Positions 38,913 to 50,950 of a DNA stretch of 64,000 bases are shown in pieces. Below the pieces are notes generated by a model. The model had not been told where the DNA came from. It saw only the letters and a list, made by a program, of their open reading frames with translations, and did no database searches. The stretch lies in NCBI GenBank assembly GCA_013265495.1, contig MU057801.1, positions 372,001 to 436,000 of the forward strand. The letters are read 5' to 3'. The translations under genes and the position numbers were made by a program. Position 1 is the stretch's first letter. The number at the start of each line of letters is the position of its first letter. The DNA is from Vicugna vicugna (lineage: Eukaryota).

Positions 38913-39154
38913 CCCTCCCTGTTGTGGACCAGCCTGCCCCAGGCAGAACAACTTAGCATTAATGGGAAGGTGTCAATCTGTGACTAAGTGTCTTGGAACG
39001 AAAAGGCTCCCAGCCAGCCTAGGTGCGGGTAGATGCCCAGCAAGAGCACAGACTCGGCCCGCTAGGGGACTGGAACCAGCTCGCCAGATGTCCGATTAAT
39101 GCGCACTGTCAGCTGCTCAAATGTCACTGACGGAGCCCCCACCTGTCTCTGCAG

Positions 39155-39323
39155 CCACTGCTTTAATGACCGAGATCACGCGGTGCTGTCGCTGTGCTCC
39201 TGGGTCAGCGTGGTGGTCGGCAGGATGACCGCCATAGACCGGGCAGCCAAGCGCGTCATGGTGTCCGGAGAGGAAGTCGTTCTCTACGACCACCTCGTCC
39301 TCTGCACCGGGCTGCAGTACCAG
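39155..39323 (+). CDS. CFAP61: CFAP61 internal coding exon C (169 nt; C + HCFNDRDHAVLSLCSWVSVVVGRMTAIDRAAKRVMVSGEEVVLYDHLVLCTGLQYQ)
   Basis: Acceptor cctgtctctgcag| and donor CAG|gtgagc. GA+C across the junction gives Asp. Lies within ORF 39099..39458. Confidence 0.95.
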
Positions 39324-39882
39324 GTGAGCCTCGGGGACAGCGGGCCCTCGTCGGGGGGAAAGGGCGGGCACGGCCAGGCGCGCACCCGTGACCAGAACGG
39401 CGTCCAACCCCACCTCCACACCCCCGGAAACCCCCTCCAAGAAAAACATCCTGCTTGAGGAGAAGAATCGCAGCGAGTGGAGAGAAATGTCACTCTTTAA
39501 GCCGTTGGCCAGCAGTCTAGCGCCTACTGCTCACAGAGCGGAATCCAGACACAGCCCGGCAGCATCTGTGGGAAATTAGTTTCTGCCTCGAAAGGCTAGC
39601 ATTTGGCGGCGGTGATGGGCTCCCGCGGAAGTATTTCAAACATGCGCACCTTCTGTCAGCCCTGACTTTATTTTGTCTCTCGGTTGCAAAGCTGAGAAAC
39701 GTGGCTGGTTGGTTTCCAGGGGCCGGGCTTTCCGTCCTGATTAAATCCTCAGACCGCGCTGGAAGGACGCGGTGCCACCGCCCGGCGGAGGCGCGTTTCC
39801 GTGTGGCCGCCTCGCGCCCAGCAGCCCCTCTCGCGAAGTGCCGCCGACGCAGGCGTCTCTGTGCCGGGGCGGGGGGGGGGGG

Positions 39883-39927
39883 NNNNNNNNNNNNNNNNNN
39901 NNNNNNNNNNNNNNNNNNNNNNNNNNN
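39883..39927. other. Assembly gap (45 N) flanked by G runs
   Basis: N run read directly. Confidence 0.99.
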
Positions 39928-40184
39928 GGGGGTCAGACCGTGGGGTCTTTTCACTGCGTTTTCTCCCGGGAACCGCCGAGGCTCCGTGGTGGCTTTGCGA
40001 GGAGTAACCCGCTCGCCCACCCCACCCCCAGGCACTGCCGTGTCCTGTCCGGTTCTGTCCCGCGGTGGTGGCCGGTTCTGGGGGCCGTGCTGCCGGCTTC
40101 CTTCCCGGGACGAGCCGGGAGCGGGCAGCGACGGGGGCAGAGCCCCGCCGCTCTGCGCGTCACTGACGCAGCGCGCGCTCTGGG

Positions 40185-40347
40185 CCCGCGCTGCCCGCTG
40201 AAAGCACCGGGGGCGCTTTTGAAATATACCCGGGCCCGGGCCCCGCCCCCAGAGGCTCCGTCTTAATTATTCCAGGGCAGGTGGGGCCCGGTCATCAGCA
40301 TTCCCCCCAGCTCCCAGATAATGCTAAGCTAAGGCGGAGAACCACTG
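40185..40347. mobile_element. MER5A-like relic, GC-shifted
   Basis: ctgcccgctgaaagcaccgggggcgcttttgaaatatacccgggcccggccccgcccccagaggctccg...ggagaaccactg. Confidence 0.65.
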
Positions 40348-42109
40348 ACTCGGACTTTTGCGACCTAGAGTCTCGCCTGAACCTTAAGTGCGCTCCCGTG
40401 CCCTGTGCCCGGCAGATTGTGACGCAGATTGTCATCAGGGATAGGGTGGGGGGCGTGGCAGGGGCGCCCCCGTTCGAACGAATTTCCAGGTGAACGGACC
40501 ACGGGCGAATCTAGCTGGGATCAGCCCCTGAGCGGTATCTCCTCTTTGCTCTTTCCTTCCTAATCCAATTCCAAAGTGTGGGAAAGGCCTTTTTTTTTTT
40601 TAATTTTTGGATAAAGGATAAAAATAAACTGGCAGGAGATTTCACTTGGACACTTAAGAATTCCTGTTTCTAACACATTAACCAGCGGAAAACACCAAGC
40701 ACCCCTTCGGCTTGTCCCCTCACCTGCCCCTCCAAGCTCCAGCTGCTGCCTGTGACCGTGGACGTTGGAAAGTGTGAGTGGACATCACGCCAGCTGTGCA
40801 GAGACCCGGGCGTCTGCCCATGTGAGCCCAGCTGCCCCTGCGGCTTTAGTCTGCGGCACATTAAGCTCTTGCCCTTTTCACAGTGGGAAACACGGAGTGA
40901 AGAAGTGATAAAGGGAGTTCCAATTTAATTTTTCCAAAAGGACATAAAAATTAACGGTACATAGACTGATATGAAAAAGGCAGCTGAATTCACTGAGAGC
41001 TTCCAGCTCTTATTTCTTGCCCTGCTTCCTACTACTCCACTCTCACATTTTTGTCCAATTTTGGGGGGAGGGACAAAAAACAAAACAAAACAAAAAGCTA
41101 ATAAACTAAAATGATGCAAATAAGCCAGAAGACTACCTGTTACACAATATAATCACACGCCTTAGGCTGTGATCTGGCGGTAAATGGCATGCATCATTAT
41201 TAGATATCATGCAATATTTTTGATGTCCAAATACATATCATTTTTTTTAAAATCAGAAAATCCCTGCACATGGTACAACCTCCAGTCCTGCTGCAGGAGC
41301 ACATGTGAGGAGGGCTGGTCTCCACTCCCAAGCCCTCTCTTAAGGGTCAACCATTTTGAGGCATTTCTATTGTTAGTTCTTCACTGATTACTCTCCCCCA
41401 CCTCCCCAAACTCCAAATAATGTGTTTATAGAAGCTTCCCCCTTGATCTGTCAACTTCTGACATTACCTATGACCTTTTCGTTTTAGAAGATGAAGACCT
41501 ATCTGGGTCATGTCCATGCCCTCTAACTCCCTTCCCCCGCCTGCCTATAGATTTGGTTATTTTTTGACTAGCGATGAAGAGCTTATGCCTGGGGTTCCCA
41601 AGCCCCATCCATGGCTTATGGAGCATCATGCAGAGATGGGGAGATGCCCACCCCACACCTGGGCTTGGGTCGTCCCCAAAGAAGAAGAGTAGAAGTGTGT
41701 CAGCTCGAAGTCAAATGAGTCTGGCATTGGTATGAGAAAACTGGCTGGGACTCTCAAAGGGTGACACTCCCCGGGGGCCAGCAGACGAGGCAAGAACATG
41801 CAGCCAGGGGAGGGAGGAGCAGGATGCTAGTTACCGTCAGCTTGATGTGGGGCAACCACGAGAAGTGGTCTCCGAGGAGGTGAATGATGTCCTAGGCGGG
41901 GAATGTAAGAGCGCGGCATCCAGGACAGCGCAGCCCCAGGCGGGGGCCTGCCACAGAGGGTGGGGAAGAGAGCGAGCCCGCCAAGGGGCCGCCCCGTCGT
42001 CCTTCAGCAGCACTTAGCAAGAAGAGGCTGTCGGTGTCGAGGACGATTAAAGGGGACAGGAACAGCAGGAAGTCAAAGAATGGTGGCCACTTTAAAACAA
42101 GACTGCAAG

Positions 42110-42593
42110 TTCCATGAGGCTCCTGCCACCAGAGTTGATGTCCCCTCCCCTTGAATCTGGGCAGGCTTGTGACCCCCTGACCGGTGGAATATGAAGGAAG
42201 TGACATGGCTGTGCAGCTTCTCTTTGTTTGTGGGAAGAATGGCCCCTGGAACCTGGAGCTGCCACACAGGAAGCCCTGACGGCCGCCACGCTGGAGATGC
42301 CATATGTGGGTTCTCCAGCTGACGGTTCCAGCCAAGCCCAGCCTCCCAGCCTTCCCTGCCAAGGCTCCAGACACCTGAGTGAAGCCATTGTGGACCCTCC
42401 AGACCAGACCAGACCATCCACCCACTAAATGTCACAAGTGACCTTTACCCATAACACGTGGAATAAAAGGATCGTCTAGCCAAACCCCTCGCAAACTTGT
42501 GACCCTCAAAATCATGAAAGTGATGAAATGGTGGTGGTTTAAACCACTAAGTTTTGGTGTGAGTTCGTTGCACAGCAAGAGACAACTGGAACA
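42110..42593 (+). mobile_element. MLT1-family LTR
   Basis: ccctccccttgaatctgggcaggcttgtgac...tttaaaccactaagttttgg...gcacagcaagagacaactggaaca. Confidence 0.75.
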
Positions 42594-42599
42594 AAAAGA

Positions 42600-45100
42600 T
42601 AACACAGAATAAGAAAAAGGGAACACTATCTAGAAAAATCAGAGAAAGAAAGTACTTCTGAAAATATTCCAGAATGCAGGATCCTCCCTTTGTCTCCACA
42701 GCAAACTGTACCAACCTCAGTACAGCCTCCGACTTGGGAGCTGAAGGTGTTCAAAGAGCAGAGATGAGCTGAGGAGGCCACAGGGCAAGAGGAAAAGGGA
42801 GATGAGGGTGTGAAAAAGGATTGATATTAAGTCCCCATCAAGAGACAGAACGGTGTCTGTACGAGTTGGTGGTGTTGGCTGAAGACAAAGCACAAAGTTT
42901 CCCTGGAGGGCAGGGGCCAAAGGGCAAAGGGACACATTTGGTGAGAGAGGCAGGGAGATACAATAGAGGTGAAGGGGACAGGTAGACACTGGTTTTGCCA
43001 AAGAGGCCCAAACAAACAGAACAGAGGTGATAAAGATATGCTAGAAGAAAACTTCCCTTACCTGAGCACGTGGTCTACATTCTGGGCAAAATCAAAGGGG
43101 AAATTTCTCAGCAAGTCACATTCTGACGAAATTATCTATAAGAATGATAGGGGGAAAAATCAGCAAACTTCAAGAGGAAAATAGCAGATTACCAACAGAA
43201 GAACAGAAATAAAGCAAGGGTCAAAAAATGACCTCTCCAGCATTAAATGGCTTAAGAAAATGAAACTGGCCACACAGAATTTTGAAGAAAATGGGTGATT
43301 CAATAAGGACATGCCCACCGAGTTCTCTCCTGTTGGCGGATGGCAGGAAGCTGTTCTTTGTGAGCAAAGCCTGAGAAAAAGGGTCTTCCGTGTTCTTTAA
43401 TTCCCGCTCCGGATAAAGGAGACAGAAAAGAAAAATTCACAATAGTATAAAAGGACATGTGGCAAGCACCACCACCAATTTAAAAGGTAATCTAAATCAT
43501 TTTAATTAATCTGAGAATAAATGCAAGATAGGAACTAATGAATCTTAATCTAAAGTAATCAAACAAAACCAAATTGTTGAAAATAGAAAGAGAGGTAGTT
43601 GGGGAGGCATGTGAAGTGTCTTAAACAAGGAAACCCAAGGCAGTGTATCAGTCTTGATGCTTATATTTAGAGGGAGTATGGCTAAAGCATGCTTTTGAGC
43701 AGCATAAATAAACTCGCCATCCAAAAACCGAAGATGAAATGGAAGGAAACATCTTTAATGTAATCAAAGGGAAGGAAAGAAAATAAACAGCTGCAGTGCT
43801 TAAGTGTGAAAGTATCATGGCATAAACCAACAGTCATAGCAGCGAGAGTCGTGGTTTTAAACCACCCTGTCAAAAGACCAAAGGTCTCTCCTTACACGGA
43901 CTTCAGAATGCAAGAGGAATGCAGTGTTCATTCATAGCAACACCATTTACAGTAGCCAAGACATGGAAGCAACCTAAATGTCCACTGACAGATGACTGGA
44001 TAAAGAAGATATGGTACATACATACAATGGAATACTACTCAGCCATTAAAAGAATGAAATAATGCCATTTGCAGCAACATGGATGGGCCTGGAGATTGTC
44101 ATACTAAGTGAAGTAAGTCAGAAAGAGAAGGAAAAATACCATATGATCACTTATATGCAGAATCTAAAAAAATTAGACAAATAAACTTATTTACAAAACA
44201 GAAACAGACTCACAGATGTAGAAAACAAACTTGTGGTTACCAGGGGTTTAAGGGGGTGGGAAGGGATAAATTGGGAGTTCAGGGTTTGCAGATACTAAGT
44301 ACTGTGTATAAAATAGATAAACCACAAAGTCCTACTGTATAGCATGGGGAACTATATTCAACACCTTGTAATAAGCTATAATAGAAAAGAATATGAAAAG
44401 GAGTATGTATGTGTATGTTTAAATGAATCACTGTGTTGTAACACCAGAAATTGACACAACATTGTAAACTGAGTATATTTCAATTTTTAAAAAAATTTTT
44501 TAAAAAGTTTGAAAACACTAAAAAAAAAAAAGAAAAAGAAAATACAACCACAGTATCTCTAACAACAACAAAATAAAAGTAAAAGAGGTGTACAAAAACA
44601 AGCACGCCCAAGCCGAAGAGTGAAGAGATAGTTACACGTACGCCAGCAGAAGGCGCCAAGCGCGTCAAGCAGCTGGTAGGAGCGGCAGCAACACTCACAT
44701 CCAGTGAAGCAGAACGTCCGAGGGGGATAAGAGCACAGGTACCGACAGAGGGTGAAATCGTGATGATGGCGCGGAGGTCGCGGGCCTGTTCTGTGCTGAA
44801 CGTGGCTGTGCCAGGGGCTGTGTCCCAGAGCAACAGTCCACCTGGAGTGTGGTGTGCGTTTCTGGGCATCGCACGTAAGAATGAGCAGAAACCCCTCCAG
44901 GGACTCAAGGTCACCCCAGATGTTTAGCCGGGGGGCAAAGGCTCCGGGTGGCCGTCCTCAAATATGTGAAGGGTTTTCGTGTAGAAATGAATGGACTTGG
45001 GCAGCGGGGCCTGGGATGCAGATATACTACAGACACCAGAAATGATGGGACCACAGCACTCACTCATCCTGAGAAACAACTTCCTGAGGGTCAGGGCCTC
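42600..45100 (+). mobile_element. Highly decayed old L1 (ORF1 to ORF2 endonuclease remnants), interrupted by a younger L1
   Basis: A-rich sense-strand sequence with ORF1-like (43100-43330) and endonuclease-like (44620-44800) stretches. Confidence 0.5.
43925..44545 (+). mobile_element. L1 3' end with poly(A), sense to CFAP61
   Basis: catagcaacaccatttacagtagccaagacatggaagcaacctaaatgtccac...aattgacacaacattgtaaactgag followed by an A-rich tail. Confidence 0.92.
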
Positions 45101-46160
45101 CCCTAGGAGGGAAGGTCAGGGCCCCGGGGACAGTGAGCAGGTGGTGCTGTGGTGCCAAGGAGGGGCAGAAGCATCTGACCCCGATCGAGTGCTAGCCTCG
45201 TGCCACGTGTGTGTTCACTGACGTCACCCTTGCAGTGACACCCTGAGCTCCGTGCCACTTCCATCCCCATTCCACAGAGGAGGGAACCGAGGTGCACTAA
45301 GGCTGAGGTACCTTGTCCATATCTGACATGTGGTTTCCATCCTCAGCATCTTGTGGTAGCTGCTGTGGCTCCAGCCATTTCATTTGCAAGAAGCAAGAAG
45401 GAAGAACAACTAGAATATAATGAATTTTCACATCCTCCACTTCCACCAGCTCCCCACTGCCCAAGGACTCTCTTGACCATCTCTAAGGTCGTGAGTTGGG
45501 AAATGTTCCAAGCGGGCATATGTCCCAGGAGTCTGTTGCTAAGAAAGAAAAGGAGACAGAATGTGCCACCAGCAGCCCCTGCTGTCATGTTAACTTGCCC
45601 AGGAAAACGGAGCAGCCAAGGGGCTCCCCAAAGCAGTGCTGGCACTGCTAAGGCAGTCCTGAATCATCTGATGGAATGGTTGAAAAGCCATCCGCTTCTC
45701 TCCAGTCCCAAATCGGTGCCAGGTTGGTTGGTAGCAGAGGACTCTCTAGTTTGAACAGCCAGCGCTGATGGCGCTTCTCCGTTAAAGCCATGTCCTCCTG
45801 TTAAACTTCATACCCTTCCTTTCGTTGATGACATAATATTTTTCCCCCATAGATCCTTTTTTTATTGAGTTCTGCTAAACTCTTTGTGGACAAATTAATT
45901 GGCTGTGGGATTTAAAATCCTAGCTCCAATTTTGCCTATTTTGTGAAAATGACATTATGTGAATATGAAAACTATATTAGCCCATTAATTTTCCTTTATT
46001 TTCTCTAATTCTTTATAGTTTAGAAATGTACAAAACCAACCCCACACACTGAAGATCACAGGAGAATTAGATGGGTTATGAGAATGCAGTGTCAGGACTG
46101 TAGAAAGCTCATTTTTGTTTCTGACCTAATTCCATTTCCTTATTTTCCTTCTCTTCCTTA

Positions 46161-46694
46161 TTTCTTTTTAATTGACATACAGTCAGTTATAATGTGTCAG
46201 TTTCTGGCATCCAGCATCATGTCCCAGCCATGCATATACACACATATATTCGTTTTCATATTCTTTTTCATTAAAGGTTATAACAAGGTATTGAATATAG
46301 TTCCCTGTGTTGTACAGAAGAAATTTGTTTTTCATCTACTTTTATATATAGTGGTTAACATTTGCAAATCTCGAACTCCCAAATTTATCCCTTCCCAGCC
46401 CCTTTCCCCCAGTAACCATAAGATTGCTTACTGTCTACAGCTCTGTCTCTGTTTTGTAGATGAGTTCATTAGTGTCCTCTTTTTTCTTTTTTCTTTTTTT
46501 TTTTTAGATTCCATATTTAAGCGATACCATATGGTATTTTTCTTTCTCTTTCTGGCTTACTTCACTTAGAATGACGATCTCCAGGTCCATCCATGTTGCT
46601 GCAAATGGCATTATTTCATTCTTTTTTATGGCTGAGTAGTATTCCATTGTATAAATATACCACATCTTTATCCAGTCATCTATTGATGGACATT
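46161..46694 (-). mobile_element. L1 3' end
   Basis: Same family as 35-459. The reverse complement includes the ORF2 C-terminal [28 protein letters not shown]. Confidence 0.92.
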
Positions 46695-47134
46695 CTTCCT
46701 TGTTTTTTAATCTAAACACTCACTGTTTGGCATGATAATTCATTGAAAGTTTTATAAATTGAAAGCTCTCTATTAGTTCTTCAGTCTTGCCTTTTTCTGC
46801 AAGGACTTTTCCTGATTTGTTAAAGCATGATTTACTATACTGGCATAATATTACCTCAATTTTATTTTATTTTATACTATAACACTTACTGTAGTTCTGG
46901 TCAAGTTTCAAATCTCCAAAGCTTGGTAGTCAATATTGTGCACTTTAAAACATTCATCAAAATCCTCAGTGGACTGCTTTATGGTAACTAGTGGATAATA
47001 ATTCCAAAATTTTAGTGTGATGTTGCTAAACAAATTATAGTGCTAATGAGAGGTTTTTTAACCTCCACAGTTTTAGTTGTAGTAAATGATCACTACTTTT
47101 GGGTTGTCCTTTAGTATAAAAATTATATTTAAAT

Positions 47135-47251
47135 TATTTAGGGGGGAGGTAATTAGGTTTATTTATTTTAATGGAGGTCCTAGGGACTGAACCCAGAACC
47201 TCATGCATGCTAAGCATGCAGTCTACCACTGACTGAGCTACACCCTCCCCC
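47135..47251 (-). mobile_element. Camelid Vic-1-type SINE
   Basis: ggggggaggtaattaggtttattt...gactgaacccagaacctcatgcatgctaagcatgc...gagctacaccctcccc. Confidence 0.92.
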
Positions 47252-48239
47252 TGCAGCTTCTTTATAGAGAAGGGACGTCCATCTTTTAAAAATCGATTCT
47301 GCATTTTGGTTCTAGTCCCATCTGAAACTGAATTCAATACAGCACAGCCATGTACCGAGACTTTACCATCTCTATTGAGAAAGGATGTAACCAAGTTTTC
47401 CAGACATCACCTGGGGTTCAGTGAAGCCGCACGTGTTCCTGCCCCGGCAGCACTCACGCCTCCCCAGTGCAAGAAAGCATTGCCTGCGCGGGTCAGGAGA
47501 GGAGGACCTGCCCCTGCACCCGTGTCAGCTCCTGCTGCACCACAGGTGCAGAGCGAGTCCTGCCCCGGGCCCCATCCTCACACCACGAGCACGCAGGACA
47601 TCCGGCGCCGGTCTTCCAGCAGAGACCCAGTTGCCTGCAAGTCTTGCTCTGGGTTCCAGCCTCATTATCTCCCCAAATCTCCACCTGGCCACCGCGTGCA
47701 AACCGGAGGGGCGGCGTGGGGGCCACTGGGCAAACTCACGCCGCTGTGCCATTTGACTTGGCTTCCACGGTGGCATCTGCTTGTTTGGTTTTAATTTGAA
47801 CCAAATAATTAAAAAATCAGGAGCCCCCGTAGAAAAAGTCCAAGCAGCTGGCATTTCTCGAGAAATCAGATCGAGCCCCGCCCGAACCCACACTCCACCC
47901 TGGCGACAACTGGATGGAGTGGAGTCACGGCGGAGCGCTCTGGCCAGGCCGGCCCTCCCGGTAGCCGCGGTCTCCCTGGCAACCAGGACGGGCGTCGGCC
48001 TCATCCTTCATCGTGCTTGCACGGCCGCCTCCCTAGCGGAGGACGGTTTCTGCCTGCGCTCCCGTCTGCGTCAAAAGTGTGGGAGCAGTGGAAGGGCTCT
48101 GTGTTGAGAGAAAGAACGTTCTTTGACAAAGGGGAGAATAATGCTGGAATTTTCACGAGTAAATAGTAGCCCACTTTCTTTTCTTCCTGAGCCCTGTATA
48201 CACTTGAATTTCACCCCCTGGTGTAATTGCTTCTGTACA

Positions 48240-48945
48240 CATGGTTTTTACCCAAACTGGCCACATCCAATCCAGTTCCACGTGCTCTTCCATGATCTCA
48301 CCACTCCTGCACGACAGGTGGATTCTGGGTTCCATCTCCTTGACTCCAGGCAGGCCTCTAGGGTGACCTCCGTGAATAGAATATGGCAGGAGAGGCTCTG
48401 CTGGGCTTCCAAGGCTAAGTTAGAGAAGAATGTGGCGCTCTCTGGACTTCTGCCCCCTCTAAGGACGCATGCCTGGGAGCCCAGCCACTGTGTTGTGAGG
48501 AAGCTCAAGTCCCATGGGGAGGCCACATGTGGTATTCTGGCCAGCGACATCCGCTAGACCTATAGTGATGGCTTCACATTTAAAAAAGATACCCAGCATG
48601 TTTTCTTGGGGAAGGAAAAAGGATTGAGAGTTTATCTCCAGGAGATTCCAGCCCCCAGCCATCAAGTCACCCCCAGCCTTCAAGTCTTCCCAACTGAGGC
48701 CTCCCACATCGTGAAACAGAGACAAACTTGCCCCACCTTGCCCTGTCTGAATTGCTGACCTATGGAATCTCTGAGCCTGTTTGTTTTGTTTTGTTTTTTA
48801 AATTGAAGTACAGTCAGTCACAATGTGTCGATTTCTGGCGTGCAGCACACTGTCCCCAGTCCTGCATGTACAGACATTGAGCCTGTTGAACAGTGGTTTG
48901 CACCACTGAGCTTTGGAATCATTTGTTATGCAGCATTAGATGACC
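48240..48945 (+). mobile_element. MLT1-family LTR interrupted by a short L1
   Basis: gagcccagccactgtgttgtgaggaagctcaag...ccactgagctttggaatcatttgttatgcagcattagatgacc. Confidence 0.75.
48782..48877 (-). mobile_element. Very short (about 95 bp) L1 3'-end insertion with perfect TSD
   Basis: TSD tgagcctgtt at 48772-48781 and 48878-48887. (ttttg)n tail followed by aattgaagtacagtcagtcacaatgtgtc. Confidence 0.9.
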
Positions 48946-49150
48946 AGGGCCAGTGCCTTCTGAGAATTGACTCCGAGTGGTCATTCCACCCATTTGGTTT
49001 TTTTCAGTGAAGACCTGATTATATCTGGAGACAGGAAAAAGCACACCAGTACCGGGGCATTGCTATGTTTATTTTTATCACTTGATTTATTGCTGTGTAA
49101 GTGCTTACCTGTTACCTCTGAAATAAGTGTTGCTCTGTAACACACCTCAG

Positions 49151-49325
49151 GTCCCATGCCCTACAGGGGCTGATATTAGCCAACACCCAACGAACAGAGA
49201 GGTTCTGGACAGCAGTAGGCGGAGGTACACCGGTCCAGTTCCCCGCAATCATTTCACCCTCAACGACGAAGAAGATTGCTTAAGGGCCCTGACTTGGATA
49301 AGGAACAACTCCATCACCGCAGAAG
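49151..49325 (+). CDS. CFAP61: CFAP61 internal coding exon D (175 nt; VPCPTGADISQHPTNREVLDSSRRRYTGPVPRNHFTLNDEEDCLRALTWIRNNSITAE + G)
   Basis: Acceptor cacacctcag| and donor AAG|gtaagg. The phase-0 start fits exon C. Lies within ORF 49127..49378. Confidence 0.95.
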
Positions 49326-50782
49326 GTAAGGATGCTGGTAACTGTGCATCTTTTCAGAACCGTGTTTTATTCTTATAATGAGTCTCATTCTTTGTCTAGT
49401 TCCAGTATATAATTAGTGCCTAATTAATTCCAACCAAATCATTCATCTGTCATGCTTTGTTTTCCAGATTAATTTACAACTTGTTGTCATTTTTGGATAC
49501 CCAGCATGTTTGCTGGGGGAAAGAAAAAAGCTTGAGATAGTTTAATTATCTATAATTATTTTATTACACAAAATGAATATCTGAAGAGCAAAGCATGGCT
49601 AAAATCATTAACTAATTAAAGAATAATTTAATAAGCAAACATGTTTAGCAATTATATGGAAAATATGCCTCCTTTTGTGGAGCTTTTGAAAAGACCTAGG
49701 AAGAAAAAGAAAGGTCTGAGTCGGAAGGGCTCTTTTCTTTCAGCATCCATTGTTCCCCTCGCTGTGCCAGCTCAGTCCTTCCCACAAACGCACGTATTCG
49801 GGTTCCATGCCGCTCTCTGAATCCAAGTGAGAGAGTGAAACATTTGAGCAAGTAAGTGCCTCTGCCACTCAAAAGTGCTTTCTCCAGCATCTTCCTCTCT
49901 ATTGCTGGGATTAGCGGAAATTATTTGACCAGTAAAATAACCAGAACAGGGCCTGGCTGCCTGTTTGTGTTCACTGAAACTTGGGAGTTGAGTTTTTGAG
50001 ATGAGACTCACTGCAGCCCCTTTCTTTTATCGAAAGTGCAGACAGGATCAGCAACTTGGTTGGGTTATGTGACCCCCTGTTCTGGGCTGGGCTTCTGACC
50101 CAGACCTTCAGTTCAGTCCAGGATCACTAAGTGTCTGGAGTGTGGGGACCGATATATAAAATTAATGTATCACTTTATTTAATGTGTTTATTTAAATATA
50201 ATTTAATTACATTACTTACTATAATTAATCTATTAAAATTAAATACATTCCTTCTGATTTTTTTGGTGGATGATTTAGGCATGAGTTAACTTTTTGTCAA
50301 GTTCCTACATTTGCTTCATTAAAAATCAAAACTACTTATCAAAGGACATTCAATACATTGCTGAATTCAATTTGTTAATACTTGTAGGCAGTTTGCATCT
50401 AAATTCACAAGTGAGATTGGCCTGTTTTCTCTTTTATGCTTGACTTGTCAAGGTTTTGCAATCAAGGGAGTGCTAGCCTCACAAAGGGTTTTGGGGAAGC
50501 TTTCCATATTTTTCTGGGGTCAGAAATACTTTGTGTAACCTAGAAGTTGGACAGAAATCACCCATAAAACCAGCTGGGCCTGGAACTTTTGGGCAGATGT
50601 TGGATGTGTAGATACATGTCAGAAATGCAGATTGAAAACTTGTCAAAGAATTTTAATATTTGCATTATAACTTGGTATTATTTTCAGTTTTGCATCTGTG
50701 TGTGTTTAAACCTGTTTCAACATTTTAGTCATTCTTTAACCACTGCCCTATGACCTAAGTACATTTAGGGAATTCTCTGATC

Positions 50783-50950
50783 TGGGGCTCAGCAGACTTT
50801 TTCCATAAAGGGCCAGATAGACTTGGCAGGCCATGTGGTCTCTGTCCTGACTACCCAGCTCTGCTGTTCTAGCAAGAAGGTAGCCCCAGACAGAATGTCA
50901 ATGAACAGAAATGGCTGTGTTCCAATAAAACTTTATTTATAAAAATAGGG
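50783..50950. mobile_element. MER58-like relic
   Basis: ggggctcagcagactttttccataaagggccagatag...atggctgtgttccaataaaactttattt. Confidence 0.75.

Larger units (their letters stand above)
39150..40480. other. Intragenic CpG island spanning exon C and the first gap
   Basis: Sustained high GC/CpG by eye, with GC boxes (ggggcggg, ccccgcccc). Confidence 0.65.

Noticed and set aside
46078..46719. 163-aa (+) and 71-aa (-) ORFs
   Set aside because: Translations of a truncated L1 3' end, not host genes.
47135..47251. tRNA-like sequences with A/B boxes (five copies)
   Set aside because: They have AT-rich tails and TSDs and no intact cloverleaf, so they are SINEs, not tRNA genes.
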